Below are positions 31,883 through 32,000 of a DNA stretch of 32,000 nucleotides, piece after piece; within the stretch, counting starts at the first letter, position 1, and each line of letters begins with the position of its first letter. The notes beneath the pieces are model-generated. The model was not told the origin of the DNA. It did not search any database and saw only the letters and a program-made list of their open reading frames with translations. A program made the translations under genes and the position numbers. The stretch is from the NCBI GenBank assembly GCA_021294815.2, contig CP095464.1, forward strand, positions 846,462-878,461. Reading direction: 5' to 3'. Source of the DNA: Verrucomicrobiota bacterium. GTDB lineage: Bacteria; Verrucomicrobiota; Verrucomicrobiia; Opitutales; LL51.

Positions 31883-32000
31883 AGGTGGTTTCTTTGTTCT
31901 AAAAGTTATTCACATTGAATTGTTGATAACTTGGGAATATCTTCGGCTCTGCTCAAATGCCTATCGTAAAAAATGTTGTCGGGCGGGATAATTTTATGAA

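Noticed and set aside
31883-32000. Possible 3' end of an upstream minus-strand gene (expected sufS) at the window edge.
   Set aside because: Two minus-strand frames are open to the edge (ending at 31953 and 31906). Neither short peptide matches the SufS C-terminus I remember, and there is too little sequence to call.

Overview
The window is gene-dense, mostly housekeeping chromosome from a bacterium with moderate GC (by eye, not computed). I saw no transposase, integrase, CRISPR array, rRNA or recognisable defence genes.

Gene order:
- ftsK 5' part (-)
- tRNA-Val(GAC) (+)
- A roughly 9 kb minus-strand block: DUF4381, BatA, a BatB-BatC fusion, BatD, BatE-like, rsmE and a UvrD-like helicase
- pheS (+)
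- A minus-strand block: MurC-MurB fusion, malQ, a pseudopilin-like gene, a PpiD-like gene, an unknown lipoprotein, a CesT-like chaperone and a small basic protein
- folD-priA (+)
- ispF and an RluA-like gene (-)
- Two pseudopilin genes and a CaCA exchanger (+)
- A secreted unknown protein (-)
- dnaE (+)
- An orphan ABC substrate-binding lipoprotein (+)
- sufU (-)

The supplied ORF track uses alternative start codons and maximal ORFs, so I re-set several starts. The evidence was ATGA stop/start overlaps, a Shine-Dalgarno site, promoters or a terminator lying inside the long ORF versions, and family-typical N-termini.

The prepilin-like proteins, the MurC-MurB fusion and a type III chaperone-like gene suggest a PVC-group organism (Verrucomicrobia, Lentisphaerae or Chlamydiae). 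That is a weak inference.

I do not see a convincing novel multi-gene system. The most unusual items are:
1. The BatB-BatC fusion gene carries three slippage-prone tracts: a C8 run exactly at the fusion junction, a perfect 9-bp x11 array (DQN)11, and a perfect 6-bp x46 array (DK)46.
2. A CesT-like chaperone is translationally linked to a 118-aa basic protein, with no secretion apparatus nearby.
3. A -10 hexamer recurs 6-7 nt upstream of start codons, suggesting leaderless mRNAs.
4. Convergent genes abut or overlap with no terminators.
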